This document shows, piece by piece, positions 1 through 9,790 of a stretch of 64,000 bases of DNA. The notes beneath the pieces are model-generated. The model was not told the DNA's origin, did no database searches, and saw only the letters and a program-made list of their open reading frames with translations. Source of the stretch: Dehalococcoidia bacterium (GTDB lineage: Bacteria; Chloroflexota; Dehalococcoidia; Lucifugimonadales; JAGWBF01); the NCBI GenBank assembly GCA_965247295.1, contig CBDFGQ010000006.1, positions 235,868 through 299,867 of the forward strand, read 5' to 3'. Every line of letters starts with the position of its first letter. Position 1 is the stretch's first letter. The position numbers and the translations under genes are program-made.

Positions 1-2
1 GC

Positions 3-2078
3 AGCGGAGAGGCAACCATAGTGGACGGCGTAAGCGCCATACAGTCCGGGAGCGTTACGCTCCTGGATGAGACCTTCTCCAGTCTGGACTTCTCCGCTGT
101 CACGGACTACGACGACGTGGCTTCCGTGCTCCAGGATGCTCTCCGCTCTGCATCTGTGACGGCCCTGGCTTCCGTGGAGGTGGCCTATCAAGGCGGGGTG
201 TTCGTGGTGACGATCCCCCTCGACAGCCAGGGAGCGGCGACCAGCGTCAGCGGGGCCTTCACCGGGGCAACCGCCGACGAGCTGGGTCTGGACACCGCAA
301 CCATCGTAGACGGTGTGGACACCATCAAGAGCGGCAGCGTCACCTTCCTTTCGGAAACGTTGACCGGCCTGGATTTCTCCGCCGTCACCGACTACGACGA
401 AGTGGCCTCTGTGCTCCAGACGGCGCTGCGTGGGGCCACGGGCACGACGCTTGATGCTGTCGAGGTCACCTACGACAGCGGCGCCTCGGCCTTCGTGGTC
501 ACAATCCCGCTGGCGACCGATGGCTCGGCGACCAGCGTCAGCGCGGCCTTCACCGGGGCAACCGCCGACGAGGTGGGCCTGGATACGGTCACGATTGAAG
601 ACGGCATAGACACTATCACCGCCGGCAGCGTGATGTTCCACGGTGCAAGCCTTACTGGTCTGGACTTGAGCTCCGTGGCGGGATACGACGATGTGGCTGC
701 TGTGGTCCAGAACGCTCTGCGGGGAAGCTCCGTCGCCACCCTTGATGCAGTAGAGGTGGAGCACGACGGCTCGCAGTTCGTCCTCACCCTTCCTCTTGGC
801 TTAGACGGGTCCGCCACTGAGGTGAGCGGCCCCTTCACCGGAGAGCATGCCGACGAACTGGGCCTGGGTACAGTGGAAATCACCGCCGGAGTGGACGGTA
901 TAGGAGCAGGCTCTCTCACCTGGCATGGCTCCTCCATCCCTGTAGACTTCACCGGCGCTGACTCTTACGGCGACGTGGCCAGCACGCTCCAGACGGCCCT
1001 CAGAGCGGTGAGAGCGGCGGCAAGAGCGGACCTTCGGAGCGCAACGGTTGAGTTCGACCCCGTCGGATTCTTCCGGGTGCGGCTCGGTTTCGATTCGACA
1101 AGCGGTGACCCCTATGCCATCAACGGCTTCATGGCGGACGATGCCCAGGAGCCAGCTTCGGCCCTTGGATTGGATAGCATATCGGGGGGCGGCATCGTCC
1201 AGGGTCAAGCCTCGGAGCCCATCGAGGACGCGATGGACGCCATCAGCGGGCTGGACGATGGCTGGTACTTCGTTACGGTGGCCTCGAGCATCACCACGGG
1301 TGCAGACCTGCTCTCCCTGTCTCGGTGGGTCCAGGCCAAGGTCCACATGCTGGCGTTGGATGTGGTGGACGAGGGTGTCCTGACGCCTAACGAGTCCACC
1401 AGCCTGGCGGCGCAGCTATCCGCCCTGGAGCAGCAGAGGACCTTCCTGGTCTGGTCTAGAACCAGGGACAACAAGGCTCTGTCGCTGGCCGGGAGGCTCT
1501 CCAGCGTGAACTTCGATGGTCAGAACACGCTGATCACGCCCAAGTTCAAAAGCCTGCCTGCGACTACCCCGGACATCGTGACGACCGCCCATAAGGGGGA
1601 GCTGGACCGGAAGTGGGTCGGGTACTACACCCGCTTTGGCCCGGATGCCATCTTCGCGGAAGGCTGGACGCAATCCGGCGACTGGATCGACGTTCGGTAT
1701 TGGCTGGACTGGATCACCAAGGCTATGCAGAGCGAGGTGTACAACCTGCTCAGGCAACATCCAACTAGGGTGCCGCAGACAGCCGAGGGACTGGCCAGCA
1801 TAGAGGCAGCCATCGAGCGGGTGTGTGAGGCGGGCCGCAGGAACGGCGGCATCGCTCCGGGCCGAGTGTCCGAGGCAGTCGCTAACGACATACGGCTGGC
1901 CACGAACAACCCGGCCTTCGAGGGGTTCCTGCCAACGGGGTATCTGGTGGCAATAGGCTCCATAGCAAATCAGCTACAGATAAACCGCGACGCCCGCAGG
2001 AGCCCGACGATCCGGGTATGGTTGAAGGGCAGCGGAGCCATGCACCACATAACCATCGGACTGGTATTTACTGGGTAG
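3..2078 (+). CDS. Tail sheath protein, DUF3383-like (5'-partial), with at least 4 tandem ~95-aa domains
   Basis: Frame is open from position 3. C-terminus has SVNFDGQNTLITPKFKSLP, WIDVRYWLDW and GAMHHITI, typical of DUF3383 sheaths. Confidence 0.85.
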   Translation, partial: SGEATIVDGVSAIQSGSVTLLDETFSSLDFSAVTDYDDVASVLQDALRSASVTALASVEVAYQGGVFVVTIPLDSQGAATSVSGAFTGATADELGLDTATIVDGVDTIKSGSVTFLSETLTGLDFSAVTDYDEVASVLQTALRGATGTTLDAVEVTYDSGASAFVVTIPLATDGSATSVSAAFTGATADEVGLDTVTIEDGIDTITAGSVMFHGASLTGLDLSSVAGYDDVAAVVQNALRGSSVATLDAVEVEHDGSQFVLTLPLGLDGSATEVSGPFTGEHADELGLGTVEITAGVDGIGAGSLTWHGSSIPVDFTGADSYGDVASTLQTALRAVRAAARADLRSATVEFDPVGFFRVRLGFDSTSGDPYAINGFMADDAQEPASALGLDSISGGGIVQGQASEPIEDAMDAISGLDDGWYFVTVASSITTGADLLSLSRWVQAKVHMLALDVVDEGVLTPNESTSLAAQLSALEQQRTFLVWSRTRDNKALSLAGRLSSVNFDGQNTLITPKFKSLPATTPDIVTTAHKGELDRKWVGYYTRFGPDAIFAEGWTQSGDWIDVRYWLDWITKAMQSEVYNLLRQHPTRVPQTAEGLASIEAAIERVCEAGRRNGGIAPGRVSEAVANDIRLATNNPAFEGFLPTGYLVAIGSIANQLQINRDARRSPTIRVWLKGSGAMHHITIGLVFTG

Positions 2079-2089
2079 GAGGAAGAACA

Positions 2090-2593
2090 ATGTTTTTCTC
2101 GTTGCAAGACGTAACGTTTACTCTAAACGGCCACGTCGTGGAGGGTGAGACTCTAAACGGCGACACCGTGGAGGGTGAGCAAATCATAAGGGGCTGGTCT
2201 GAGGACACGGACGCCCTCACACTGCCGGACGCATTCGAGTTCGCCAGCGTCCGGCGCGGCGCGACCGGAAAGATGGCGGCATTCAGCACAGGGGATAGGG
2301 GCGGCCCGGTAACGCTCAAGCTGATGCCCAACTCCCCCTCGGTGCCGTTCTTGATGAACCAGGTGACGCGGATTCTGGTGGATAAGGCCGAAGTGATCTG
2401 GGACGGTAGCGTAAAGCACAAAAGGACCGACGCCAGCGTTACGCTCAGTCGGGGCGTCCTCGTCTCTGGCCCTTTGTGGTACACGATGGGCAAGGGTGAG
2501 GCGGGCAATCCCACCTTCACGTGGGAGTTCGAGCAGATCATCCCCGACTTTGCCAAGGTGAACTTCGCAGACTTGCCGTTGCTAGGGACGTAA
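2090..2593 (+). CDS. Tail tube protein (DUF3277-like)
   Basis: Follows the sheath, GGAGG RBS; TLNG...GATG...GGPVTLKLMPNSPS...FTWEFE tube pattern. Confidence 0.75.
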   Translation: MFFSLQDVTFTLNGHVVEGETLNGDTVEGEQIIRGWSEDTDALTLPDAFEFASVRRGATGKMAAFSTGDRGGPVTLKLMPNSPSVPFLMNQVTRILVDKAEVIWDGSVKHKRTDASVTLSRGVLVSGPLWYTMGKGEAGNPTFTWEFEQIIPDFAKVNFADLPLLGT

Positions 2594-2605
2594 GGGGGAA
2601 ACTAG

Positions 2606-3076
2606 ATGGTAACGCTTAACGGAATAGGCGGCGACCTAACAAAGACCGAGTTCGAGATCGGCGGGACACGATTTGCCGTTGCCAAGCTGCCGGCGATGGC
2701 GGGCTTCGACCTCCTGGAAGCGATCAGGCACGAGCTGGGCAAGTCCCGGGCTCTGTCCCTGCCCACAGAAGTGTTGAAGGAGGACGACAGGTCGATAGCA
2801 GCCTTCCTCAAGATCGTGCTGTCGCTGGACCCTGGGTTTGTGCGCCAGGTGCGCCAGAAGCTATTCGAAAAGGTAGCCTTCTCCAACACGCGGGTTCCCA
2901 CTCCGCAGCAGCTAGCTGGGGCCGAGGAGATGGCCTTCGACGGTCTGGAGCCCATAGCGATCTACGAAGTGCTGGCGCGGAGTGCAGCCGTAAATTTTAC
3001 GCCGTCCTTAGACGCCCTCGTCTCCAGGTTGAGAGACGCCCCCCTGGTTTCGAGCCCGTCCGCCCCCTCGGAATAA
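2606..3076 (+). CDS. Tail assembly chaperone (short form)
   Basis: Position between tube and tape measure; slippery site near the 3' end. Confidence 0.7.
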   Translation: MVTLNGIGGDLTKTEFEIGGTRFAVAKLPAMAGFDLLEAIRHELGKSRALSLPTEVLKEDDRSIAAFLKIVLSLDPGFVRQVRQKLFEKVAFSNTRVPTPQQLAGAEEMAFDGLEPIAIYEVLARSAAVNFTPSLDALVSRLRDAPLVSSPSAPSE

Positions 3077-3246
3077 ATCCCTTCTTCGGCGCTCTCATAG
3101 ACGCTGAGCTGGCTGAATACCTGGACCTCAAGAATACCTTGGACCTGGACGAAGCCATGGAACTCCACGAGCAGTTGACCGCGAGGATTGAGAACGACCA
3201 TTGAGCTCACGAGGCCGCAGAAAAGAAGGCCAAGGAGAAGCGGTAG
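2992..3246 (+). other. Programmed -1 frameshift site (A AAT TTT) and chaperone extension frame
   Basis: Heptamer 2992-2998 is in X XXY YYZ phase. The -1 frame reads FYAVLRRPRLQ...GINPFFGALIDAELAEYLDLKNTLDLDEAMELHEQLTARIENDH, then TGA at 3202, then AHEAAEKKAKEKR to TAG at 3244. Confidence 0.65.
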
Positions 3247-3256
3247 GAGGAGCAAT

Positions 3257-3631
3257 ATGATAATCCCGGCAGAAACCCTGACCGTTACCCTAAACGGTCA
3301 CGTAGTGCTGGGACTCAGCGCACTCGATATTCCCGATACTGTTGAGCTTGCCACTGTCCACAGGGGAGCCACCGGCGACCACGGTGGGGCCGTTGCTGTT
3401 ACACTGCAACCTGGCGCCCCATCGCTGGCGCTCTTCCAGCAGCAGATGAAGGTGATAACCGGTGGCGGCATCGTGAACTGGGAAGGGAGCGTCAAGGACG
3501 CCAAGCATGGATCTGTTCTGAGGCTCATGCACGGCGTGATGACGAGCGCGCCGATGGGAACGCTCATGGACGAGACGGCTGAAAAGACCTTCACATTCGA
3601 GTTTGAGAGACTGTACTACGAGGTCATCTAG
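3257..3631 (+). CDS. Second tail-tube paralog
   Basis: Aligns by eye with 2090-2593 (TLNGHVV, RGATG, WEGSVK, TFTFEFE); AGGAGG RBS. Confidence 0.7.
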   Translation: MIIPAETLTVTLNGHVVLGLSALDIPDTVELATVHRGATGDHGGAVAVTLQPGAPSLALFQQQMKVITGGGIVNWEGSVKDAKHGSVLRLMHGVMTSAPMGTLMDETAEKTFTFEFERLYYEVI

Positions 3632-3674
3632 CCACCGTGAGAACTTGGTTCTAGTGTCTAAGTTAGGAGGCGCC

Positions 3675-3956
3675 ATGACCAAGGAAACCCGTATCGTGTT
3701 TAGCCTGGAGGACCTGGTGAGTGTCCGATTCCAGTGTTCCAAGTGCCAGGGGGAAGTCGTGCAGCGATTCGATGGACGCCATTGGCGGCTGCCCACATCT
3801 TGCCCTTTGTGCCTTGCCAGGTGGGACGAACGCGATAGCCTCAGGACGGAACTCGACGAACTGCTTCTCATGATGCGGAACCTTTGCGATCGACCAGACT
3901 CGAATATCAGTCTCCGGTTCGAGCTGGACGGCGCTGCTGTGGAGACGGAGGGCTAG
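3675..3956 (+). CDS. Small zinc-ribbon protein
   Basis: CSKC...CPLC pairs; AGGAGG RBS. Confidence 0.6.
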   Translation: MTKETRIVFSLEDLVSVRFQCSKCQGEVVQRFDGRHWRLPTSCPLCLARWDERDSLRTELDELLLMMRNLCDRPDSNISLRFELDGAAVETEG

Positions 3957-3961
3957 CAGGA

Positions 3962-4016
3962 ATGGGGTGGTTGAAGAAGCTCTTTGGATGTCACAAGGAG
4001 CATGAAGGCCCGCCAC
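3962..4016 (+). pseudogene. Small gene truncated by IS3 (MGWLKKLFGCHKEHEGPP...)
   Basis: AGGA RBS plus ATG; runs into the IS end at 4017. Confidence 0.35.
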
Positions 4017-4050
4017 TGAGGTCGGACGTAAATAGTGGACACCAAACCTT

Positions 4051-4914
4051 TCATGCTGCTGGTAGTCCGGCATAGAATCTCTGCTCATACGCCGCGGGTG
4101 ACAGGAACCCCAGCCTGGCCTGGCGGCGCTGGCGGTTATAGAAGAGCTCGATATATTCCGTGATCTCTCGAGCTGCCTCCTGCCTGCTTCTGTAATGACG
4201 GTGGTGGACCAACTCCTGCTTGAGTGTGGCCCAGAAGCTCTCCATCGGAGCATTATCAAAGCAGTTCCCCTTCCCGCTCATGGAAGATCGCAGGCCAGAC
4301 CGCTCGAGAAAACCTCTGTATTCCTGGGAGCAATACTGACTGCCTCGGTCAGAGTGATGCATCAGGCCCCTCGCTGGACGTTTGGCTCTCAGCGCCCGCA
4401 ATAGAGACTGACTAACCAGGTTCTTGGTCATCCGCTCTCCCATGGCATAGCCCACAATCTCTCCGGTGAACAGGTCCTTGTGGCCCGCCAGATATAGCCA
4501 GCCCTCATCGGTCGGTATATAGGTGATGTCACTCACCCACACAGTGTTCGGCCTCCAGACCTTGAACTGCTGGCCCAATATGTTATCCGCAACCGGTAGT
4601 CTGTGCCCGGAGTCGGTGGTGGCCTTGAATCTCCTCTTCTGCCTGCAGCGTATGCCAAGCTTCTTTCGGATACGCTTGATGCGACAGATGCCCACCCGAA
4701 CGCCATGCTCCGCCAGGTCGCGCTGTAACCGTTCCGGGCCATAGGTCTGTCTCGTCCGCTTGTGGGCTGCCCTGATCTCCAGCTCCAGCCGCACTTCCTC
4801 CTGTGCTCGCCTGGACGATGGCCGGTCCACCCAGGCATAGTAGCCACTGGCCGATACGTTCAACAACCGGCCCAAGACACATTTGGGGTAGTCGAGCCGC
4901 AGTTCTTTCATCAT
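4051..4914 (-). CDS. IS3 transposase OrfB (DDE integrase core)
   Basis: WVSDITYI, HSDRGSQY, DNAPMESFWATLKQE motifs. Confidence 0.95.
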   Translation of the reverse strand: MMKELRLDYPKCVLGRLLNVSASGYYAWVDRPSSRRAQEEVRLELEIRAAHKRTRQTYGPERLQRDLAEHGVRVGICRIKRIRKKLGIRCRQKRRFKATTDSGHRLPVADNILGQQFKVWRPNTVWVSDITYIPTDEGWLYLAGHKDLFTGEIVGYAMGERMTKNLVSQSLLRALRAKRPARGLMHHSDRGSQYCSQEYRGFLERSGLRSSMSGKGNCFDNAPMESFWATLKQELVHHRHYRSRQEAAREITEYIELFYNRQRRQARLGFLSPAAYEQRFYAGLPAA

Positions 4915-5225
4915 CGCGTACCGGGCAGCGACTCCCTGGCAAAGTACGCGGCTGCTTTTTTTAGTATGTCCCGCTCCATCTTCACTTCCGCCAGTTCCTT
5001 CTTCGTCCGGGCAAGGTCCATCTCTACTTCTGTCATGGGCCTGTACGTCTTGCCCACATCTCCCAGTTTGCCAGCCCTATGTGCCTTCACCCAGTACCCT
5101 AATGTCGATGGCGGCAAGGACAGCCGGCGGCCTGCCTCTGGCAATGATAGCTTCTCTTCTGTTACCAGCCTCACTGCTTCCTGCCGGAATTCCCTGCTGT
5201 ACCTTCCTTGTGGAACCCTTTTCAT
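4911..5225 (-). CDS. IS3 transposase OrfA (HTH)
   Basis: YSREFRQEAVRLV...ERDILKKAAAYFA. Confidence 0.93.
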   Translation of the reverse strand: MKRVPQGRYSREFRQEAVRLVTEEKLSLPEAGRRLSLPPSTLGYWVKAHRAGKLGDVGKTYRPMTEVEMDLARTKKELAEVKMERDILKKAAAYFARESLPGTR

Positions 5226-5288
5226 TCTGACACCTCCGTCGTATTATCCTACTCCGACTTTGGTGTCCATTTTTTCCATCCTACCTCA

Positions 5289-7077
5289 CAACCCTGAGCA
5301 GGTGGCGACATACGCCCGTATCATCCAGAACGTCTTCGGCGGCGACGTGCAGGAAAATCTTGACATGTTGCTGCGAACCGCTAATCGGTCACCTTCGACA
5401 TTTGCCGCGCTTGGGGAGTCGATTCAGTTCTCCGGACAAGCAGCGGTGGATGCAGGCATGAACCTCCGCACCTATCTTGCCATGCTCGGTAGTACGGCGG
5501 GCGCGGGGCGTTCGGTGGAATCGGTCAGCCAGGGAATGGCGGCGATGTTCGGGCGATTGGCGCTGGCGACAGAGAACACTGGTGTCGGCGGCAAAAGATT
5601 GATCGACGTGTTTGGAGATGTCGGCATCAATTTCCACGATGTGAAAGCCGCAATGGACGGTACATCGGAAGGCTTTATCAACGTCCTGCGCCTGATGAAT
5701 GAGGCTGAGTTGTCAACCACCCAATTGACCGCCCTCCTTAGCACCTTGGCGGGTCACTCCTACGCGGCCTCTATATCTTATGCCGTGCAGAACCCGGAAA
5801 AGCTGGACGAGCTGCTAGCAGAAATAGGCTCATCGACCGGCGAGATAGTGAGACAGCAGGAAATTATTCTGAGCGGCGCGTCCGGCGGGCTAAAGTTGAT
5901 GATGGCCCAGATAGACACCCTGCTCAACCGCTTGGCCCAGCTTGGCGTCTTGACAGCCATAGAGAAGTTCACCCGTGGAATCAGCAAACTGGTGAGTTGG
6001 CTCACAGAGACGAATGAAGAGGGAGAGCTTGTGCGCGGCGGCCTTCTGCGAATGGTGACTATCATGGGCGGTCTGCTGGCAGCCCTGTTGCCCCTAGGAA
6101 TAGCCCTCAAAGCCGTATCCTTCGCCCTCGGTGGGCTAATCCCAGCTCTCAAGTTTGCGGGTTTCTTCACGAGACTCTTTGGCTTGAATGCGCTGTTTGC
6201 TGCCGTAGCGAACTCCAACTTAATCGTGTCGCTGCGTGTGGCCGCTATCAATTTGAGAGCCTTCAACATAACGATGCTGTTCACGAGTGCCACAGCAAGG
6301 GTAATGTGGGCGTCGATTCTGGGACCAGTGGCAGCGCTTGCCGCCGTCGGCTTCGTGATCTACAAGTTCCGCAGGCAGATTCTTGGCGCCCTCAAGGCTG
6401 TGTGGAGCTGGATCAAGGGCAACTGGCCGCTCCTGGTAGGCATACTTCTGGGGCCATTCGGCATTGTGGGGGCGCTGATCTGGAAGTTCCGCGACCAGAT
6501 ACTCGGTGCGTTCCGGGAAGTGTGGGACTGGCTCAGGGACTCACCCATCTTCAGTCCAGTGATAGATGGGATTCAGGCCATCATCGACTTTGTGCGCGAG
6601 CTGCCGGGCAGGGTGTTGGGCATCCTCAAGGACATCCCCGGAATGATCGCAGATGCCATAAGGGACATACCAGGTCTTGGGGCTGCACTTGAGGTATTCA
6701 CGGGGATTGCAGGCAAGGTGGGCAAGGTGTTTAGCGGGGCCGCAGGAGGGGTCGTTCCCGGACCGCTGGGTAGGCCGGTGCCCGCCATTATCCACGGTGG
6801 GGAGATGGTGCTGCCCACAGGGGCGTCCAACGTCCTCGCTCAGATGCTTGAAGGGTTCCGGCTCGGCCCCGCTGCTTTGCCGCAAGCGCCGCACTACTAC
6901 GGCCAGATGTACAGGTCTTCGGTGACCAACCGGACGGTAAACATCAACATAAATGAGCCCATTGTGATCCAGACCCAGGCGACGGACGCCCAGGGGATCG
7001 CCCAGGAGCTGCACGAGGCGATTGAAGACAAGATTCGGAACGTCGCCTACGACCACGACGGGCCGGTAGAGCGCTGA
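5289..7077 (+). pseudogene. Tail tape measure protein, 5'-truncated
   Basis: Begins mid-domain at the IS end; Trp/Phe-periodic amphipathic repeats; GGVVPGPLG..AIIHGGEMVLP C-terminal motif. Confidence 0.85.
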
Positions 7078-7760
7078 TGGCGGCTAGCGTCATACAGAGC
7101 CCAGATTTCTTGCTCTTCCCCGGGAGTCATGCGCTGCCGAGCGCCCTGCTCAGGTCGCTACAGCCTCTTGCCTCCATTGCCGACGGGTTCATCTCCGAGG
7201 AACACGCCGTCAGGATCAGCAAGACCTCGTATCCCGTCGAGACGGGCGGGTCGCTCGTGGACCATGCGGTTGTACAGCCGCGCACGCTGAAGCTTGCGGG
7301 CTGGGTCTCGGACCTGCTGGCTCCTGAAGGGAGGCGGGGCAATCCGTCTCGCGGCAGTGATGCGTGGCTTCAGCTCAACCGGCTGGTCGAATCGAGGGAG
7401 CCGTTCCTGGCGGTCACAATGCTGGGCGCCTACCCCTCAATGCTGATTACGTCGCTCAAGGCTCCGGTTGATAGAACCACGGGACGGGCGCTCCGCTTCG
7501 AGATGGAACTTGAGGAGGTGCAGTTCCGGTCATTGGAGCGGGGCCAGCGTCCTCCTCCAGTGCGGATAGGCCCTGCCGAGGATAGGTCGGAGGAGGTTGA
7601 CCTGGGAAAGATCAATGCTGTAGTGGTGCCCGTACCAACGCCCGTAGCAGTTATGGCAATCAACGACCTGCAAGAGGAGCCAGAGGATGGTCCCTCAATC
7701 GGTGGTCGGATAGTCGGCGGTCTCATCAAGGCCGTAGGCAGTTTCTTTGGGATAGGGTAA
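7077..7760 (+). CDS. Baseplate/tail-tube initiator (Dit-like) protein
   Basis: EEH...SYPVETGGSLVDHAVVQP...YPSMLITSL motif; position after tape measure. Confidence 0.75.
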   Translation: MAASVIQSPDFLLFPGSHALPSALLRSLQPLASIADGFISEEHAVRISKTSYPVETGGSLVDHAVVQPRTLKLAGWVSDLLAPEGRRGNPSRGSDAWLQLNRLVESREPFLAVTMLGAYPSMLITSLKAPVDRTTGRALRFEMELEEVQFRSLERGQRPPPVRIGPAEDRSEEVDLGKINAVVVPVPTPVAVMAINDLQEEPEDGPSIGGRIVGGLIKAVGSFFGIG

Positions 7761-8086
7761 TGCAGGCGATACCGTTGACAACGGACGCAAGGCAGCGTAT
7801 GCGGGTGACACTGGGCAACCAGCCGGTCATCCTCCGCGCCTGGTGGCAACCGCTCTCCGAAGCGTGGTATCTCTCGCTCTACACCAGGGGAGAGGAGCCG
7901 ATAGTGCTGGGGCGTCAGGTAACGACGGCCCGGAGGCTGATTGAGGCTCCTGGCTTCGTCGGCGACTTGGTGACCGTCCCCTTGGAGCGCTACGGCGTGC
8001 CGATAGGCCGGGAGGCGTGGGGGCAGACCCACGGGCTGGCCTACCTTGAGCCATCCGAAATCGAGCAGGTGAGCTGGGCGCTATGA
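7760..8086 (+). CDS. Phage baseplate plug-like protein
   Basis: MQAIPL...Q.MRVTLG...WYLSL pattern; synteny. Confidence 0.6.
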   Translation: MQAIPLTTDARQRMRVTLGNQPVILRAWWQPLSEAWYLSLYTRGEEPIVLGRQVTTARRLIEAPGFVGDLVTVPLERYGVPIGREAWGQTHGLAYLEPSEIEQVSWAL

Positions 8087-8925
8087 GCATGAGGCAGTAC
8101 CTACGCCAGATAAGCGTCGAGATCGAGGACGAGAGTCGCTCTGTGTTCATCGTCGAAGAGCTTCGTATCACCTTCGACCTTCGGATAGACGACCAATCGT
8201 CCTCGTCGCCGTCTACGGTCAAGATATGGAATCTGGCCAAGGCTTCGGCCTCGCACATCGCCGAGGCAGGGCGGATCGTACGGGTGAAGGCTGGCTACGG
8301 AGATATTATAAACGCCGAACCGATCTTCGATGGCGAGATACGGCGCATCCTCCATGAGCGCACGGGGGTAGACCGCGTGACGACCATCGTGCTTGGCCGT
8401 TCCGACTCGGCGACGACCGGCGCACTGGTCTCCATCAGCCTCGTGGGACCTGTCAGGCTGCGTGACCTTGTGCGCCGCATCGTGGACGCTATGGGGCTGC
8501 GAATCGAGTCTGACCAGGCAGTTCCCGACGAGGAGCTTGAGGAAGGGTTCTTCTACAACGGCTCCGCGAAGTCGGCGCTCAAGGACCTTCTGGAGCCTCA
8601 CAAGGTTACCGCTTATCAGGTAGGCGGGGTGATGCACTTCACCCACAGGGGCGACGAGCCGGAGCGAGGCACGTTCTTTCTCAGTCATGCGACGGGGCTT
8701 ATCGGCACGCCGTCCGTCACCGAGGACGAAGGGTTGAGGGCGAAGATGGCGCTGAACCGCTCCATTGAGCTGAGCCAGTTGGTTGAGGTCAGCAGCGAGG
8801 CCGTGGACGGCTGGTTCATGATCAAGACCATTGTCCACAGGGGAGACAACTGGGGCGGGGAGTTTGTGACGGAGATCGAGGGAGCGAAACCCGATTCCCT
8901 TTCGCTGGTTGGGGTAGCGCCATGA
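8083..8925 (+). CDS. Baseplate hub protein
   Basis: LRITFD, VKIWNL, KAGYG, TGLIGTP, HRGDNWG motifs. Confidence 0.8.
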   Translation: MSMRQYLRQISVEIEDESRSVFIVEELRITFDLRIDDQSSSSPSTVKIWNLAKASASHIAEAGRIVRVKAGYGDIINAEPIFDGEIRRILHERTGVDRVTTIVLGRSDSATTGALVSISLVGPVRLRDLVRRIVDAMGLRIESDQAVPDEELEEGFFYNGSAKSALKDLLEPHKVTAYQVGGVMHFTHRGDEPERGTFFLSHATGLIGTPSVTEDEGLRAKMALNRSIELSQLVEVSSEAVDGWFMIKTIVHRGDNWGGEFVTEIEGAKPDSLSLVGVAP

Positions 8926-9452
8926 GCAGCATGAACCGAGATACCGACTACGCGAACATGGCGCAGGCTATCCGTTTTGCCATCCGCCAATCGCTCAAGG
9001 ACATGTACACCTGTATGCCTGGGATAGTGGAGTCCTACGACGCGGAGACCCGGCGGGCGGTGGTGAAGGGAGCGCTCAAGGTGGTGACCACTAAGAAAGA
9101 GGAGATCGAGCGAGAGGCCATCCACAACGTCCAGGTGATGTTCCCATCCGGTGGTGGATTCACCATGACCTTCCCTTTGGAGCGGGGAGACCCCGTGCTG
9201 CTGGTTTACTCCCAGCGGGGTTTGGCGAATTGGAAGAAGACGCTTGGCGTGGCGGCCCCCGACACAATCGGGTTCTTCAGTGAGAAGGACGCCTTCGCCA
9301 TTCCTGGGTTCGGGACGGACGAACCGGAACACCATATCGCCATTGAGGCGGACGGGATTCACATCAGGACGACCGGCAGGCTCGCTATAGAGGCGCAGGA
9401 CGTGACGTTCAAGCGGCCTGGTACAGATGAAGCACCGAGGAGCATAGTGTGA
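8922..9452 (+). CDS. Baseplate spike (Gp138-like)
   Basis: TCMPGIVESYD...FPSGGGFTMTFPLERGDPVLLVYSQR...DAFAIPG. Confidence 0.8.
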   Translation: MSSMNRDTDYANMAQAIRFAIRQSLKDMYTCMPGIVESYDAETRRAVVKGALKVVTTKKEEIEREAIHNVQVMFPSGGGFTMTFPLERGDPVLLVYSQRGLANWKKTLGVAAPDTIGFFSEKDAFAIPGFGTDEPEHHIAIEADGIHIRTTGRLAIEAQDVTFKRPGTDEAPRSIV

Positions 9453-9790
9453 TGCGCACCATCTCAGCCGTGGACGACCTCCTTGACGGATTCGCTGTAG
9501 TGGATGGCCTTGAGGCCACCAGGCAGCGGGTAATTCAGCATCTACGCTTTACCTTGAGCGAGTGGTTTCTTGACTCGGACCAGGGCATCCCATACTTCGA
9601 TGGCCTGTTCGCTGGCGGCAGTAGTCCTGAATTCGCCGCACAGCTCATTGCCGCCGAAGTGCTCGGCGTAGAGGACGTTACGGATGTAGCTGTCGTTCGA
9701 GCCGTCCTTGATCCCCTCACCCGGCGACTGTCGCTGGAGTTCCGCGTCAGTACGGTCCACGGCCAGGTGACGGTCGCGGAGGTGTTGTAA
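9449..9790 (+). CDS. Sheath initiator / gp25-like baseplate protein
   Basis: EWFLDSDQGIPYF motif; synteny. Confidence 0.75.
   Translation: MMRTISAVDDLLDGFAVVDGLEATRQRVIQHLRFTLSEWFLDSDQGIPYFDGLFAGGSSPEFAAQLIAAEVLGVEDVTDVAVVRAVLDPLTRRLSLEFRVSTVHGQVTVAEVL

Larger units (their letters stand above)
4017..5288 (-). mobile_element. IS3-family insertion sequence (~1272 bp)
   Basis: Imperfect TIRs TGAGGTCGGACGTAAATAGTGGACACCA / TGAGGTAGGATGGAAAAAATGGACACCA; orfA plus orfB; A7G slippery run at 4955-4962. Confidence 0.93.

Noticed and set aside
4762..5288. N-terminal 175 aa of the 771-aa ORF
   Set aside because: It is the antisense of IS3 orfA/orfB, open by chance into the tape-measure remnant.
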